Shown in pieces: positions 1 to 12,703 of a DNA stretch of 64,000 bases. Below the pieces are notes generated by a model. It had not been told where the DNA came from. It ran no database searches and saw only the letters and a list, made by a program, of their open reading frames with translations. How positions within the stretch are numbered: the first letter of the stretch is position 1; each line of letters opens with the position of its first letter. Both the position numbers and the translations under genes were made by a program. The DNA lies in NCBI GenBank assembly GCA_013239625.1, contig MU054187.1:18406711-18470710 (forward strand). Direction: 5' to 3'. Source of the stretch: Lama guanicoe (Eukaryota).

Positions 1-744
1 AATTTTATTTTCCATTGTCTCAGATTAAATAAGATCAATTTTGTAAAGCATTTTACAGTGATTTACCATGAGTAAGCACTTAAACAGCAGCTTTATTATG
101 AGCTATTGTCTGTGACTATAAACTATTAATGTATCTGATTTACCAATAAGTAAATAAACTGAACACTAGGTTACCCCTCAGTTTTCTTCTGATACTCAGT
201 TAGTTACACATCTAATGAGAAATAAATACGTATCTAGTAATTGGATATATTCAACGCAGTCTCTCTAGAAAGCTTTTTAAGATGGTGGGAAAGAACCATG
301 CTTCTTGTGAAGAGTACGAGGTTATTTTGAGTAGACCTAAAAAAGAAGCACCTGCTATTGATTACTAGTGAAAGTTGTGCATTCTGAGTCTCTTTTTAAG
401 GAACGTGCCTTGAACACGCCGTGCTGTGAGCACGTGAACAAGTAAGTTGCGTCCTTACTGGCTTCAGACATGGCTCCTTGATGAGAACCCACGAGATACA
501 GTCACCCAAAGCTGGCAGACCCAAATTTTGACTAAATGCCACTTTTCCTCTGCTCCTCATGCTTGCTGCCTTCTCTTGCTTCTGTGTCTCAAATGCCACA
601 TTGCCTTGGGGCATGTGATGCCAAGCAAAAGTGCATTTCCACTGCCCTCTCTCCTTCCTGAGGTCAGATGTGAGACCCTTTGCGTTGGCCCTGAAGGGGT
701 TGTTGAATTGGAATCCCATCAGGCAGCAAAGTTCTACAGCAAGA

Positions 745-930
745 GGTGGAGAGAGTTCCAAGTTGCCTGCTTGGGTCTGACCTAGCCGTGTGACCTTGAG
801 TCCATGACTGTACGTCTCTCCTCCAAGCTTTGGTTTTCTCATCTGTAAATTAAGAATTATCCCTTGGTACTAGTTTTGGTTTTTTAGAAGGTAAAATGAG
901 ACAAATCATTTTGTATACTACTATACAAAT
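745..930 (+). mobile_element. MIR
   Basis: GTGTGACCTTGAG...TTTTCTCATCTGTAAA core. Confidence 0.7.
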
Positions 931-1149
931 GTCACGCCTCCTGCTTACGAGTTACAGTGGTGATAACGTGGGCTCCTTCATCCTGAATTGGGCTGAGCAT
1001 CTTAAGAGGATGCTTCTGTAGGTTTTCTTGCTCCTGCAAGAAACACAGATACGGCAGTATTGCCTAAGCATCCAGGCAAACCAGGAAAATTCCTTCAGGA
1101 TGGATCACTCTGTCTTTAAAAAAAAAAAAAGAAAAAGGATATTTAAAAT

Positions 1150-1415
1150 GCCAAGTGCATTTCACAGAACATTAATCTTTCAAGATTCTCTGCAAAATAA
1201 TCTGTTTTCAAAGACATTTGGGAAACTACTGGAGATCTCAGGGCGCCTGAGAGCGTAAATGGCTCTGAGAAATCCTTAGTAAAGACGCCTCATTGTCATG
1301 TGTCTAACTCTGCACTTCCGGAACTCATCAACTTTAGAACCCTTTTGTCACACAACATCTGCCAGTATTCCACTGAAATAGCATCCTCAGGAACCAACCT
1401 TGGGAAATTCTGTTC
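1150..1415. mobile_element. Old hAT-Charlie MITE remnant
   Basis: Repeated TTGGGAAA(C/T) termini and AGAACCCTTTT motif. Confidence 0.45.
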
Positions 1416-1609
1416 TAGCCTAAGGATGGATGCATTTTGCTTGTGATGAACGACTGGTGACCCACATAAAATGAAGCATAAGTGAAAAGCAACTTAATAG
1501 AAAGTATTATTGAGTTCTGGATATAACTTTGGCTTTAAAAATTCTTTCCTGACTATTCGGAGAGAACAATTCCTTGAAAAAAAAATGTAAAGACTTCTTC
1601 ACTGCACTT

Positions 1610-1800
1610 TTATGGCACTTACCATGCACCAGGCACAGTTTTAAGAACTAAGCTTGTAATTGCATCCTCAGAATAACCCAGGAAGGAGCAATTAGTATTT
1701 TTCCCAGTTTTACAAGAAGCCTGGGCAGAGAGAAGTAGATTTGCTCAAAGTCGTATCTGAATCCCTGCTGTTGGTTTGATTCCATGGCATCCTCTTTCCC
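1610..1800 (-). mobile_element. MIR
   Basis: GCACTTACCATGCACCAGGCAC...CCCAGTTTTACAA. Confidence 0.65.
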
Positions 1801-2888
1801 TTAAAGGCTAGTTTACAGCATATTCTTTTCTCAATTCAAATGATGCAAACAGTAATTGGCAACATATTCCCTCAATTAAAATATTTCAGTTATTTATTTG
1901 CAGTGTCTTTTCAAAATTTAAATAATTCAGTGAAACTTTTTATTTCACACTTTCAAGACAGCTCTGGATATAAGTGAGATCAGTCTTAGGGTGTCAGAAA
2001 AGCAAGTCTGTGCCTCATTTCTTGAAACCTGTATCCAGCTGCATTCAGTGGAAGTGGAGGACTATTTTCCTGGGTTGCCTGGATGCTCAGGCAGTACTGC
2101 CTTATCTGTGTCGTCCGGTGTCATTAGATCCTGTGTCCAAATGTTTCATCATTTAGGACTTGTGTGTTCATAGATATGTATCATAAATATATCTGAAATG
2201 ATTGAAAATTATTAAAATTCAAAGTATAGTGGGAGGTTCCAGGTGAGCCCCAAACTGGAATTCACAGACTTTCATGTCTTTGAAACTGGTGGGCCCCTAA
2301 CCCCCTAAGTTGTCCATTTGGGGTTTAGGTTGAAAGGAATGGTATTGTTTTGTTGTGTTACCTTCTGATTGAGGGGCCCAGGGCAGAGATGAGGAAAAGA
2401 AGAAAAAGAGAGAGGACAGATTTTGAGACTCAGTAAAGAGAAGGATTAGGACCAGAAGCTGAGAGAGCTGTTTGTATGATAAATTATCCTGGTGGGGAAA
2501 ACAGTGCTGATTGGCACCCAGCTGACAACACATTGCGAACTTGGGACAGGGTCATTGCACAACCCTTGTGCCACCCCTGTACATATTTATCACCAAATGG
2601 GGCTCTGGGGTGTGGGGTAATGGACCAGTGGAAGACTAGGGACTGGGCAAAGCAGCAGTTTTAAGGAGGGCCTGGCAGGGGTGAACTTGGTCCTGAACAT
2701 TAATGAGGCACTGTCCGGGCCAGGCTGAAAACTTAGAAAGTAGACAAAGTCCCAATAGGCAGAAAGTGTTAAGAGTCATTGTAATCTGGGCATTAATGTG
2801 ACCTTGTTTGTACTCAAAGGCTAGTGGGGCCAGACAACATTCCAATTATAAGAAGATAAAAGAAGTGAAAGGTATTTGGGTATCATTC

Positions 2889-3075
2889 TTGCTTTGGACT
2901 GAATTGTGCCCCCCCCCACCGCCAAATCCATATGCTAAAGTCCTAGCCTCCCCATCTCATGGTATGAAGATGGGGCCTTTAGGAAGTAACTAAGGTTAGA
3001 TGAGGTCATGAGGGTGGGGCCCTCATGATGGGATTAGTGCCCTTATAAGAAGAGACATCAGAGGGCTGCTTGCAC
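2889..3075 (+). mobile_element. MaLR LTR 5' half (MLT1A/MST-like)
   Basis: GGACTGAATTGTGCCCCC...ATGGGATTAGTGCCCTTATAAGAAGAGAC. Confidence 0.85.
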
Positions 3076-3076
3076 A

Positions 3077-3084
3077 CTCTCTCT

Positions 3085-3142
<58 letters not shown>
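3077..3142 (+). repeat. (CT)n(GT)n microsatellite
   Basis: Directly visible. Confidence 0.97.
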
Positions 3143-3144
<2 letters not shown>

Positions 3145-4224
3145 TCACATAGAGGGGAATTGCTGCTGAGAATTACTGCTAGTAATTGAGGTAGAGAGAA
3201 AAGGAGTAGTGTATCTTGAAAGAGAAATATCATGAACAATTCTTTAGATTTTATCAATGTGAACTTAGATCCCCTTAAAACACATACATGCACACACATG
3301 CTCATGCGTGCACACACACACACACACACACACAAGATCTTGCTAAAAAACTGTTGAGCATTAAAGATTTTCTATACAAGGCACCATACTATAGACTATA
3401 TATATTCTTCCTTCTTGAATTGAACCCTCTTAGGTCCACAACACGAAACTGTGTGGACACACAAAAACCTTAGAGAAGACTGAACGAGAGCCCATCCCAG
3501 TGTCATCTTTGTCTTCATTTTCTCTCTGGTTCTCCCTTGTAACCAGATGGACAGGGAAGGAGCCCACAAGTCCATCCATATTGTTCCCTGGGAGGAATTC
3601 TCACAGTGTGTTCCCCTTGAGTTTATTCATGGAATCTGGTCTCTTGGACCCACCTTTTAAGTACAAGCCAGAGGGTAAGAATATGCTGATGGATGGTGAG
3701 TGAAGAAGGAGTCAAGCAGGATGAGACACTTCAGTGCCCATGGGTCAAGGGCAACTCGCTGCCTTTTTTGCCTCTACCTGTATTTGTGGCATTTGTGGAG
3801 TTAGGAGAGAAGACAGGAGAGGATGTGGGGATCTCTGCCAGAGTGGGGAGGAGAGGACCTCGAGTAGAAGGAAACAAGCAGGAGAGGGATGGGCCAGTGC
3901 AAAATCATTGCCATGCCCATGAGCACAAAGAAAGTGAAACAGGATAAGGTGATCTAGTTAGGTTCAGAAACAAAAAGGGGAGGTTTTGAATCCTTCTCCC
4001 ACATAGCTGAGGTGATACAAAAAGAATACACATGTAGTAGAAAGAAGTTCTGGAGTTGGGTATCTTCTGGGAATGAACATGCATTAAGGCTATGGTTTCA
4101 GGGAGGGGGGAGAAAGGGAAAGAAATTCTGAAAGAACACTGAGCAGTACTTAGCAGGTCATTGGATGGAGATTGCACTGCCCTGCTCAGTAGAGTCAAGA
4201 ATCATTCCCAGATTTCTTGCTCTG

Positions 4225-4322
4225 AAGTGGTGGTTCTCGACTTTTAGCATGCATGAGAGTTACCTGAAGGGCACAGTGGCACTGCTGCTGCTGACCCAAG
4301 GACCGCACTGTAAGAACCATTG
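4225..4322. mobile_element. Internally deleted MER5A-like element
   Basis: GTGGTTCTC...AAGAACCATTG terminal inverted repeats. Confidence 0.65.
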
Positions 4323-4944
4323 TTCTGAAAGACCGTTTGTCTTTGCTGATAGAGAAACTTCGCTCTAATAGAGGGCAGTATGGGAGAAAACCAGTTGCTT
4401 GGCTTCAAGTCTATCAAAAACTCATCATGAGATACACAATACTGAGTACGTACCTTTGAAGTGAGCTAGGCTCCTTCAAATGGTAAGAACTTTGTACTTT
4501 TCTAATTAATTCAGGATATATGTTAAATTCCTATATTGAGTGACTTGAATGTTAGGATGGTTTTGTGGGTTGAGGTAATGGTTTGATGTTTAAGAAAGTC
4601 ACTGCCGACTTGAAAAACTATGGATTTTCCAAGTGAGTTTCCCATGGGAAGGGCTCCATAGAGAAGAAAGGAAGCCATTGTTTCCCCGTCAGATGAAACG
4701 TTCGGGCCTCTGAAACCCAAATAAATGAGCAAATAAAGATAAAAGCATAAAGAAAATCATCCTTCAAACCTACAGAGGCAAAATAATTAAAACCTAGATG
4801 AACATTACAGTGGTAATAGTAGAACTTAATACCTATTAATTATATGAAGAGAAATTGTGTTCCTCCAGGGTCCACTGGTTTTGTATTGAACTGTGATCCA
4901 CCCTAAATATGTGTATTTCAGACCCAGAACTGTGCTGTTTAGAT

Positions 4945-5709
4945 GAGTAGTTCTCAAACTTTAGGGAGCATCAGAATCACAGAGAGGGCTTCAGAAAACA
5001 CAGATTCTTGGGCCCCACCCATAGGGTATCTGATTCTGTAGATCTCAAATTGACTCAACAGTCTGCATTGCAAACAAATTCCCAGGTGACACTGATGCTG
5101 CTTGTTTGGGACCATATTGTAAGAATTGCTGATTCAGATCTGTTGTTTACAACTTGGTCACATGATAGAATCATCTGGGATGCTTGTCTTTTTTGCATCC
5201 CAATTCTTATACCACATGTCCAGCAATTAAAATTGGAATCGCTGGGGCTGGAACCCAGGCATCAGCAATTGTCTGGAGTTCTCAGGTGATTCCAAAGTGG
5301 AGGCTTCCTAGTTAGAGCCGTAGCTCTCAGTCTTTAGCACACATTAAAATAACCTGGAGGATTTGTGAAGCCACAGATGGCTGGCCCCTCTTCTGAGTTT
5401 CTAATTCACTAAATCTGGGTTCAGGCCAAAAATATGCATTTCAGTGAACTTCCCACCTGATGATGCTGTTGGTCCTGGAACGACACTTTGGGAACCAGGG
5501 GTTAGACCAACTTCAACCCTGGCTGCACTTGAAATCTATCTGGGGGATCTGGTACAAAATATTGAAGTTAGTCTCCCCCTATTCCTCCCCTCAAAAAACC
5601 AACAAAAATTAGGCATTGGGATTTAACTCATCTGGGATGACATCTGGCATAAATACGCTTTTCAGGTTCCCCAGGTGATTCTAATACGCCAAGACTGAGA
5701 ATCACAGTT
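4945..5709. mobile_element. Four abutting MER5-family (hAT-Charlie) elements
   Basis: Units about 4945-5131, 5140-5309, 5318-5499, 5508-5705, each with MER5-type GAATCA..GG and CCCAGGTGA motifs, separated by similar 8-mers. Confidence 0.8.
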
Positions 5710-6534
5710 AAACCAAACAAAAGCAGGGATGCAATGAATGCCTTACCTGCAGTGTTTGCGGCTTGTCTGGCTAAATAATGACCTCTTCCAACTATATTCC
5801 AAAGATATTCCTGCTTTAATCATTATATGGAATCTTTGCTTCAGAAAAATGCTGCATTGAAATATGTGGAAGATTATGACAGTCATTTCTGAATTTGAGA
5901 AATAACTAGGTTAAGCCAGGAGGGGATTCTCCCCCGCTCTTTTCATTGCTATAAATACAACTTACTGTCTGCATTTTTTAATGTCACATGGTAACCCACC
6001 CCTTTGTTGATCTGCAGCTAGTCATGTAAACAGAAACATTATAACTGTTATTATAAAAGCAGTTTCCTATAAATGAGAATTTATGCTTATATCTAAACAA
6101 ACTTGAACCCTGATCAAACACCCTGGCTCCAGGAAAATAACTTTGGGTTTGGACAACACAAACCAGAGTAACATTCTACTGCCAGTTAACGTTTTTGAAT
6201 ATAACGTTTTTGAATATAAGAGGGTCATTTTTAATCACATAGCATGAGAATAACTTGTCTGGTACAGACAGAAGCTGAGATTTGGGGGTGGGGATTTGGT
6301 TGGGGAAGTAGCAGATAGAAATCAGCTCTTAACTAGAGCATCCTTGGCCAGTTCTATGCCATCAGTCAGATATACATTTGTAAATAATTACTTTCGACTT
6401 CAGTTTTCACTGGAACCAGTGATACTATTGTGTTTTAGCAGCTGATTTAGTAAGTTACCATTCATGACCCTTCAAGAATGCAAGTCCAGTTCTTACACAC
6501 AGAAAGGCTTTAGCAATCTAGCACGGGAAAAGCT

Positions 6535-7265
6535 GAGGAACCACTTCACATTCACTAGAGTGGCTATAACAAAAAAGACAAACAATAGCAAATACTGGTG
6601 AGGATCTGCACAGACTGAAACCATCATGCATTCCTGTTTGGGAACTGACCGCCCCTTTGGAAGCAGTTTGTCCATTTCTTTACAAGTTAAACAGAACTTG
6701 ACCGCACAACAGAGCAATTCTGTTCCTAGGTATTGACAACCCAAGACAAATGAAAACACATTCATGCAAAAGCTTGCGTGTGAATGTTTATTCAGAATGG
6801 CCAAAAGATGGAAACAATTCAAATGTCCATCAACCAATGTATGGATAAACAAAATGTGTTTATAGTCCATGCATTGGACTATTATTCAGCACTAAAAAGG
6901 AAGTACTGATATGTGCTGCAACCTGGATGAAACTTGAGAACATGCTGAGGAAAAGGAAGCCATCACCAGAGATGACATGGTACATGACCCCATTTCTGTG
7001 AAATGTCTAGAATGGGCAAATCTATAGGCAAGGAAGTACATTAGAGCTGGGGAGGGGAGAGGGAGGGAGGGATACAAGAGAGACGAAAGCTAGTGAGAGG
7101 GTGTTGTTTTGTTTTGGATTTTTGTTTATTTGAGAGGATGAAAATGTTCTAAAATTGACTCTAGTGATGTTGCATTTATCTGTGACTATACTAAAAACCA
7201 CTGAATGGTCCACTTTAAGTGGGTGGATAGTCGGCTATGTGAGTTATATCTCAATAAAGCTGTTA
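6535..7265 (+). mobile_element. Old L1 (L1MB/L1ME-type) ORF2 end and 3' UTR
   Basis: GGAAACAATTCAAATGTCCATCAAC; ends TGAGTTATATCTCAATAAAGCTGTT. Confidence 0.85.
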
Positions 7266-7344
7266 TGCGTGGAAGCGCACTGGGAAACGTCAGAAGCCTA
7301 TTTCCATCAGCCTAGCTGAAATAACCTTGGACAAGACCTCTGGG

Positions 7345-8160
7345 GGCATGCGCACGGAGCTGCTTGCCGCTAGTTAAGGCGAGCGCCGGCTCTGGGTGCT
7401 CTCGGGTGTCGCTGCTCTTAGGCCCCGGCCGCAGCCCCTGGCAGCATCATGCGGAAAGGGCGGGGAGCACTCGGCCCACGTAGAAGCAGACCCAAGCGCG
7501 TCCCCCGCGGAGTCCCGGCCCCTCGCTGCAGACGTGCGGCGGGGTGCCTGGTGCGGGGCGGGGCCGCGCGCTCCTAAGCTGGCGGGTCCCTAAGCTGTCG
7601 CAGGGAGGCTGTCTGGTGACCGTCTTTCTTCCCTCTCTCTCGTCCAACGAAGGGTAACTGACCTCCCGCGTGGTCTGGCAGGAGCTGAGGTTCTCTGAAC
7701 ACGTCTCCCGTTATTGTGCGCGGACGCTCAGAGGGCGCAGAGGAGCGGCCGGGCCCACCGGAGGGACGCGGGACAGGGAGTCCCCGGGCGGGCGCCCTGG
7801 CCCCGGCTGGCTCCCTCCCTGGGCGGCGGAGGGCGGAGGGGGCCGTGGGGGAGGGGAGCTGTAATTGCGGCGCAGTCCTGGTTCCCACGCTCCTATTGTT
7901 GGCGACTTTGTTTCCAATTCCCATCACGTGTGCTAATTAGTTAGAGCTGCTGGCTGGCTGGGAGGCGTGTGGCTGGCCTAAAAGCAGCAAGATCACTTCC
8001 TGTAGGGAGCCGGGCAGGCTGAATACTACGAGGGGCTGCTTTCTCTCCCCTTCTCCTCTGCGCCTCCTTCTCGGCCTCCCTGCAGGGTGGGAGTGGGAAG
8101 GGAAGGGGAAGAAGTGCGGATTGCGGAGTAAATGTCACTGAATTGCAATCGCAGCCAAAA

Positions 8161-8203
<43 letters not shown>

Positions 8204-8230
8204 GGGGCGGGGCGGGGATTGTTGAGAGGA
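7345..8230. promoter_or_regulatory. CpG island 1 (promoter- or enhancer-like)
   Basis: GC- and CpG-dense; NRF1-like GCATGCGCA 7346-7354, GC boxes 7555-7564 and 8204-8217, CACGTG 7925-7930, CTAATTAG 7933-7940. Confidence 0.8.
8164..8199 (+). repeat. (GT)n microsatellite at CpG island edge
   Basis: Directly visible. Confidence 0.97.
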
Positions 8231-8417
8231 GAGAAAGGGCGGGAACATTGGAAGAAGCAGGATTAAAGGAGAAAGTCTCCTTAAACTTCTAACCTGATTA
8301 AGAAATGCTCTACAAAATTCCTTTCGCAATTTTGTTCAGTGAGTCTTTCCCAGACTGGGATAATAGAGGAAAGGTGTTTTATAAAGTGTGTTTATTTTAT
8401 TATTAAAAACAACCTAT

Positions 8418-8580
8418 AGCACAGGGAAATATACACAAAATGTTATGATAAATCACAGAGAAAAAAATGTGACAATGAGTGTGTATATGTCCATGAATGA
8501 CTGAAAAATTGTGCTGAACACTGGAATTTGACACAACATTGTAAAATGATTATAAATCAATAAAAAATGTTAAAAAAAAA
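8418..8580 (+). mobile_element. Young 5'-truncated camelid-type L1 3' end
   Basis: Perfect 13-bp TSD AAAAACAACCTAT (8405-8417 and 8579-8591), TT/AAAA site, poly(A). Confidence 0.9.
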
Positions 8581-8845
8581 AAACAACCTATTTCGACGCT
8601 GGGAGTAAAACAAGCACTTGCATCACTGTACAATGGTGGGGGGCGGGCGGAGACCGGAGGAGTGAAACACAGTGAGTTGTGACTTTTGAGTCAGCGGCTT
8701 GTCCTTGGACTCAAGCGTCTGAGTTTCATGCACTTTGGTGCTAAGCTTTTAGAAGGGGTGCAGGAAGGTGTTAGAGACCACTAACAAAGGACAGTAGTAA
8801 GCGTGACAAAATACATGGGCCTAATTTTTTTTAATGTGCTTTCTA

Positions 8846-9060
8846 ATATAAAATAGATAAACAAGTTTCTGTTCTATAGCACAGGGAACACTGTATTCAA
8901 TATCTTGTAGTAATGAATATAATTCATTCATATAATGACAAAGAATATGAAAACAAACATGTCTGTATATGTATGACTGAACTATTATGCTGTACATTAG
9001 AAATTAAATTGATACAACATTGTAAACTGACTATAGTTCAATTAAACAAACAAACAAATA
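8846..9060 (+). mobile_element. L1 3' end (artiodactyl type)
   Basis: TATAGCACAGGGAAC...ACAACATTGTAAACTGACTAT, (CAAA)n tail. Confidence 0.85.
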
Positions 9061-9314
9061 ACTTTTAAAATGTGTGCTGTCTGTGTTTCTTGGCTTTTTG
9101 TGGGTTATAAGATTCAGTAACGCTTCCATTCTCACAATGGAAGTCCCCACTTTGAAGATACCATGTTATCAATACTTTTCTATAAAGAAGAGGAAAGCTG
9201 ACTTTTATAAGGACTCATTGTATAACTTTGTATGCCGTAACCATACGGAGAAATTTCTGCCCTTGTCTTGGAAAGTGGCAGAGCAGTGGAGAAATAAGAT
9301 CAAGGGTAACTGCA

Positions 9315-10320
9315 TTCAGTGTGCAACCGGCAAGGATGTTTCGAGCATCTCCTATGTGCCAGGCACTTGGCTAGAGCTGGAGATGGAGAGATGAAACACC
9401 CAGAACCTGTCTTTAAGTTGCTTACAAATCTAGTTGAGGAGACAGATAAGGATGGAAACCAATAATTAAGGCTGACTCAGAAGTGGAGGTCTGTATTGGG
9501 GACCCTGAGGGCCAGAGGAAGGGCGCCAGATCCAGGCAGGGGAATTTGGGAGGGCTCTTAGAGAAAGGGTGATTCATATGACACTTCAATGACAAATAAC
9601 AAATGGTCGAGAGAGGAAAGGAGAACAGGGCATTCTGAAGAGGTAATGGCGGGTGGGGGAGGGGCAGAGAGTGGGGAGAAGGCGTCTGGGTCTTGATGGA
9701 GTGTAAGGTGCTTTGCAAACTGATGTGCACAGCTGCAGCGTGGGGCTGGGAGTGGGGTAGGATCATGAAAAGCCTTGTTGAGGCCTTTGGACTTAAATCT
9801 TCTGCAATTAGGCTAAATAAAGTAAAGGAATAAGATAATCAGATTTGTCCTTTAGAAGGATAACTCAGGCAGTAGTTTGGAGGATGGATTGAAGGGACTC
9901 ATAACGCTAGAGGCACGGAGAGGAGGTTGGGGACTGACCCAGTAAGAGACTGAAATTAGGAACCAGATGGAGATGATGGTCCAGGTTGGAGAGATATTTA
10001 GAAGGAGGAACTGACAGAACATGGGAACCAAACTTACTTTGGCAATAAGCAACTCAGAGGAGTCTGGGACGACTCCAGGCTTCCATCTTATACAACCGGG
10101 ATGGATGATTGTGGGAGCCACTGGGGCAGAAAACTTGGAGGACAAAGGACAGGTTTGAAATAGAGTAAGATGATGAATTTAGTCTGGGCCATATTGTGTT
10201 GTAAGTGACCGTGTGGCATCCAAGTAGTAGTATCCAAGAGGGAGATGAATAGATAAATGAATATATACTCACATATGGATATATTATGATACGGAGCTTA
10301 AATGGGAAGGGTGGGCCTTG
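9315..10320 (-). mobile_element. L2 fragment
   Basis: GAGCATCTCCTATGTGCCAGGCAC start and purine-rich L2-antisense body. Confidence 0.7.
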
Positions 10321-10460
10321 GTGGGAGAGGTAGCAATAAGGGACAGGAAGGCAGTGTGTTTGCCTCTTACAGAGGTCACACTTGAGTAACTGACTGCCCC
10401 CTGCAAGTAATTTCAAGTAGATACGCTGCAGCAAAAGGGACTCAGGAGGACTGTAGGAGT

Positions 10461-10680
10461 CCACTTAGATGAGATATCTAAAGTAGTCAGATGCAGAGAA
10501 GCAGAAAGCAGATAATGGTTGCCAGACTTTGCAGGGAGGGAGGAAAAGGGAGTTATGTTTTAGTGGGTACAGAGTTTCAGATTTGCAAGATGAAAAACTG
10601 CTGGAGATCTGTTTCACAGCAATAGAGCTGTACATTTAAAAATGGTTAAAATGGTTTTTTTCTCACAATAATTTAAAAAG
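10461..10680 (+). mobile_element. L1MB-type 3' end
   Basis: GGGTACAGAGTTTCAGATTTGCAAGATGAAAA; flanking GGGACTCAGGAGG on both sides. Confidence 0.8.
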
Positions 10681-10819
10681 AGGGTGGGGACTCAGGAGGG
10701 AAGGAGATAAGAATGCTGTCAGCTTCCCCTGAACAGCACAAGGAGGAAATTTTACCTTCTGTTAATGCACTCTTGCCTGTCCTCAATGCGATGGTTAAGT
10801 GGGAACAGACATTTTAGAA

Positions 10820-11250
10820 CAGACAGTATGAATCAGGAGCCTGAAAAATGTTTATAACCTTTGACCTACCTATTCCACTCCTTCAAATCAATCCTAAATA
10901 AGAAATCAAAAATACTGGGGGAAAATGATTGAAAATACTATATTTTAAATTCATGTTCCATGATAGAAAATAATCAAGCATAGTAAAATACAGTGAACCC
11001 GTTAAAATTTTTAGAATTTATAGCAATGTGGGAAAAACTTTAAAAATTAAGTGAAGCAAAATTCAGGACACAGACTTGTATTTCTACTTTGATCAGAACT
11101 ATATTAAACATAATCTATACACAGAATAAAAGACTGGAAGAAAATATATGCAAATGTTTATAGTAGGTGTGGGGACAGAGATGATTGCTTCCCATTTACT
11201 TTTCTACATTTTTCAAATTTCCATATGAAGCATATATTTTATAATGGGAA
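10820..11250 (+). mobile_element. L1ME/L1MC-type old 3' end
   Basis: ACCTTTGACCTACCTATTCCACT...AAAGACTGGAAGAAAATATA. Confidence 0.6.
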
Positions 11251-11504
11251 AATTACCCGATATAAATTCTTTCTCATTAATTTTTTACAAAAAAAATTCT
11301 ACCATTCCTTTGACTTAAAAAGAGGTGATTTGCATTTAGTTCAAAGCTGCAACAGATGGTTACCAAACTGATTTATAAATGCATCAAAAGCCAAAAGGAA
11401 GGAGAAATCACCTTCCAGGAACAATTTAGAAAGACTTTGAAAATTCCTTCATTTGAATACCTGTTTCTTTTTGCTGCTCTTGTGTGGGAAAGAGGAAGCA
11501 GGAG

Positions 11505-11765
11505 ATCTTAGCATCAGGAAGTGATGTCAAACAGTTTAGCTGATTACAAGTGCTTGAAAGGCAAATTAAGGCCTTCCCTTTAATTGGATGTAATCGGCTA
11601 AACAAGGTAATAGACCACCTGTGGCTGAGATGGAGCCAAGTCCCGAGAAGCCCTTGGGACCACAAATGTGGTGCTGACCTGCCCGAAGGTCAGCCGGGAT
11701 GGGCTTTTGATTCCATCTCGAGTTACACAGGCAGTGTCACAGAGAAACAGTTTAATCAATACCCA
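11505..11765. promoter_or_regulatory. Enhancer-like motif cluster (ETS, RUNX palindrome, ER6 nuclear-receptor element)
   Basis: CAGGAAGTG 11515-11523, ACCACAaaTGTGGT 11659-11672, TGACCT-n6-AGGTCA 11675-11692. Confidence 0.4.
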
Positions 11766-11864
11766 AGTGTTTAAGACTTGTTTTAGAATATATCAACAAA
11801 AAGAAAAAAGGTATGGCATTTTTAAATAATTTATTTTTTTAATAATCAATAACCAAGCAAGCAA

Positions 11865-12100
11865 AGAACACTTCCTGTATGCTAAGTACTTTTGTAAGCA
11901 TCTTTTTTATAGTGAACTTGCTAACCAACCTATGAGATAGATTCCATTAGTATCATAATCAAACCCACTTTGCAGATGAGGAAATTGAGGCACAGAGTAA
12001 GATAGACTTGAGGTCACGCAGCCTGTAGTGGTAGAGCGGGACTCCAACGGGGGCAACTTGAGTCCATCATCTACGCTCCTATTTGCTACCTCATGCTGCT
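11865..12100 (-). mobile_element. MIR
   Basis: CCCACTTTGCAGATGAGGAAATTGAGGCACAGAG. Confidence 0.8.
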
Positions 12101-12703
12101 CCCTAAGATCTCATTCAACTTATGCTTGTGACTTGTGAATTCCAAACACAACGTAGGCTAGACCCCGCATTTGGAGCAAATGTCTGCCATACACTCCTAT
12201 CTCCTCATGGTATCAGAATAATCACAGAAGCAGCACTAGGGAGGTTAAAGAAAAAGCCCATTAAAGATTGCATCCTCAAACCTAGAATTACCAAAGAGAC
12301 AACATGTCACAAACACCCTACTCATACACCATCTCACTTGAGCTTCAGGCATGATGCTGTGATGACTCAGTGAGGGCAATCAGTTGAGTGCAGAAAAATG
12401 TTCACACACAGTTTTGCCGCAGTGTAGGGGGACTGTCCTTACCACAGCTAGGACAGCATCTGGGTTGGCGATGAAAAAAAGCTTCTAGAAGGGTGTTTAG
12501 CTTCTTGGGTGCACACTCTTCTCAACTGAGGATGCATCCTCAGAAATTCTCCAGTGACCTAAGTACCCTTTGGACTCGCCTATGAAATTAAAAGAAACGT
12601 CAGGATGCCAGTCTAAAAATAAGCTTATCTTCTCCCCAACCCCACTCTTCCTCCCAGATTCCTTAGTCAGCAAAGGGCACTCCCATAACCTAGTTGCCTA
12701 AGC

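Noticed and set aside
6187..6219. 15-bp tandem duplication TAACGTTTTTGAATA (similar 17-bp repeat at 15657/15691)
   Set aside because: Ordinary slippage-type micro-duplications with no further structure.
7345..8230. Naming the gene or locus served by the CpG islands
   Set aside because: No recognisable coding exon of a known gene is present, so any symbol would be a guess.
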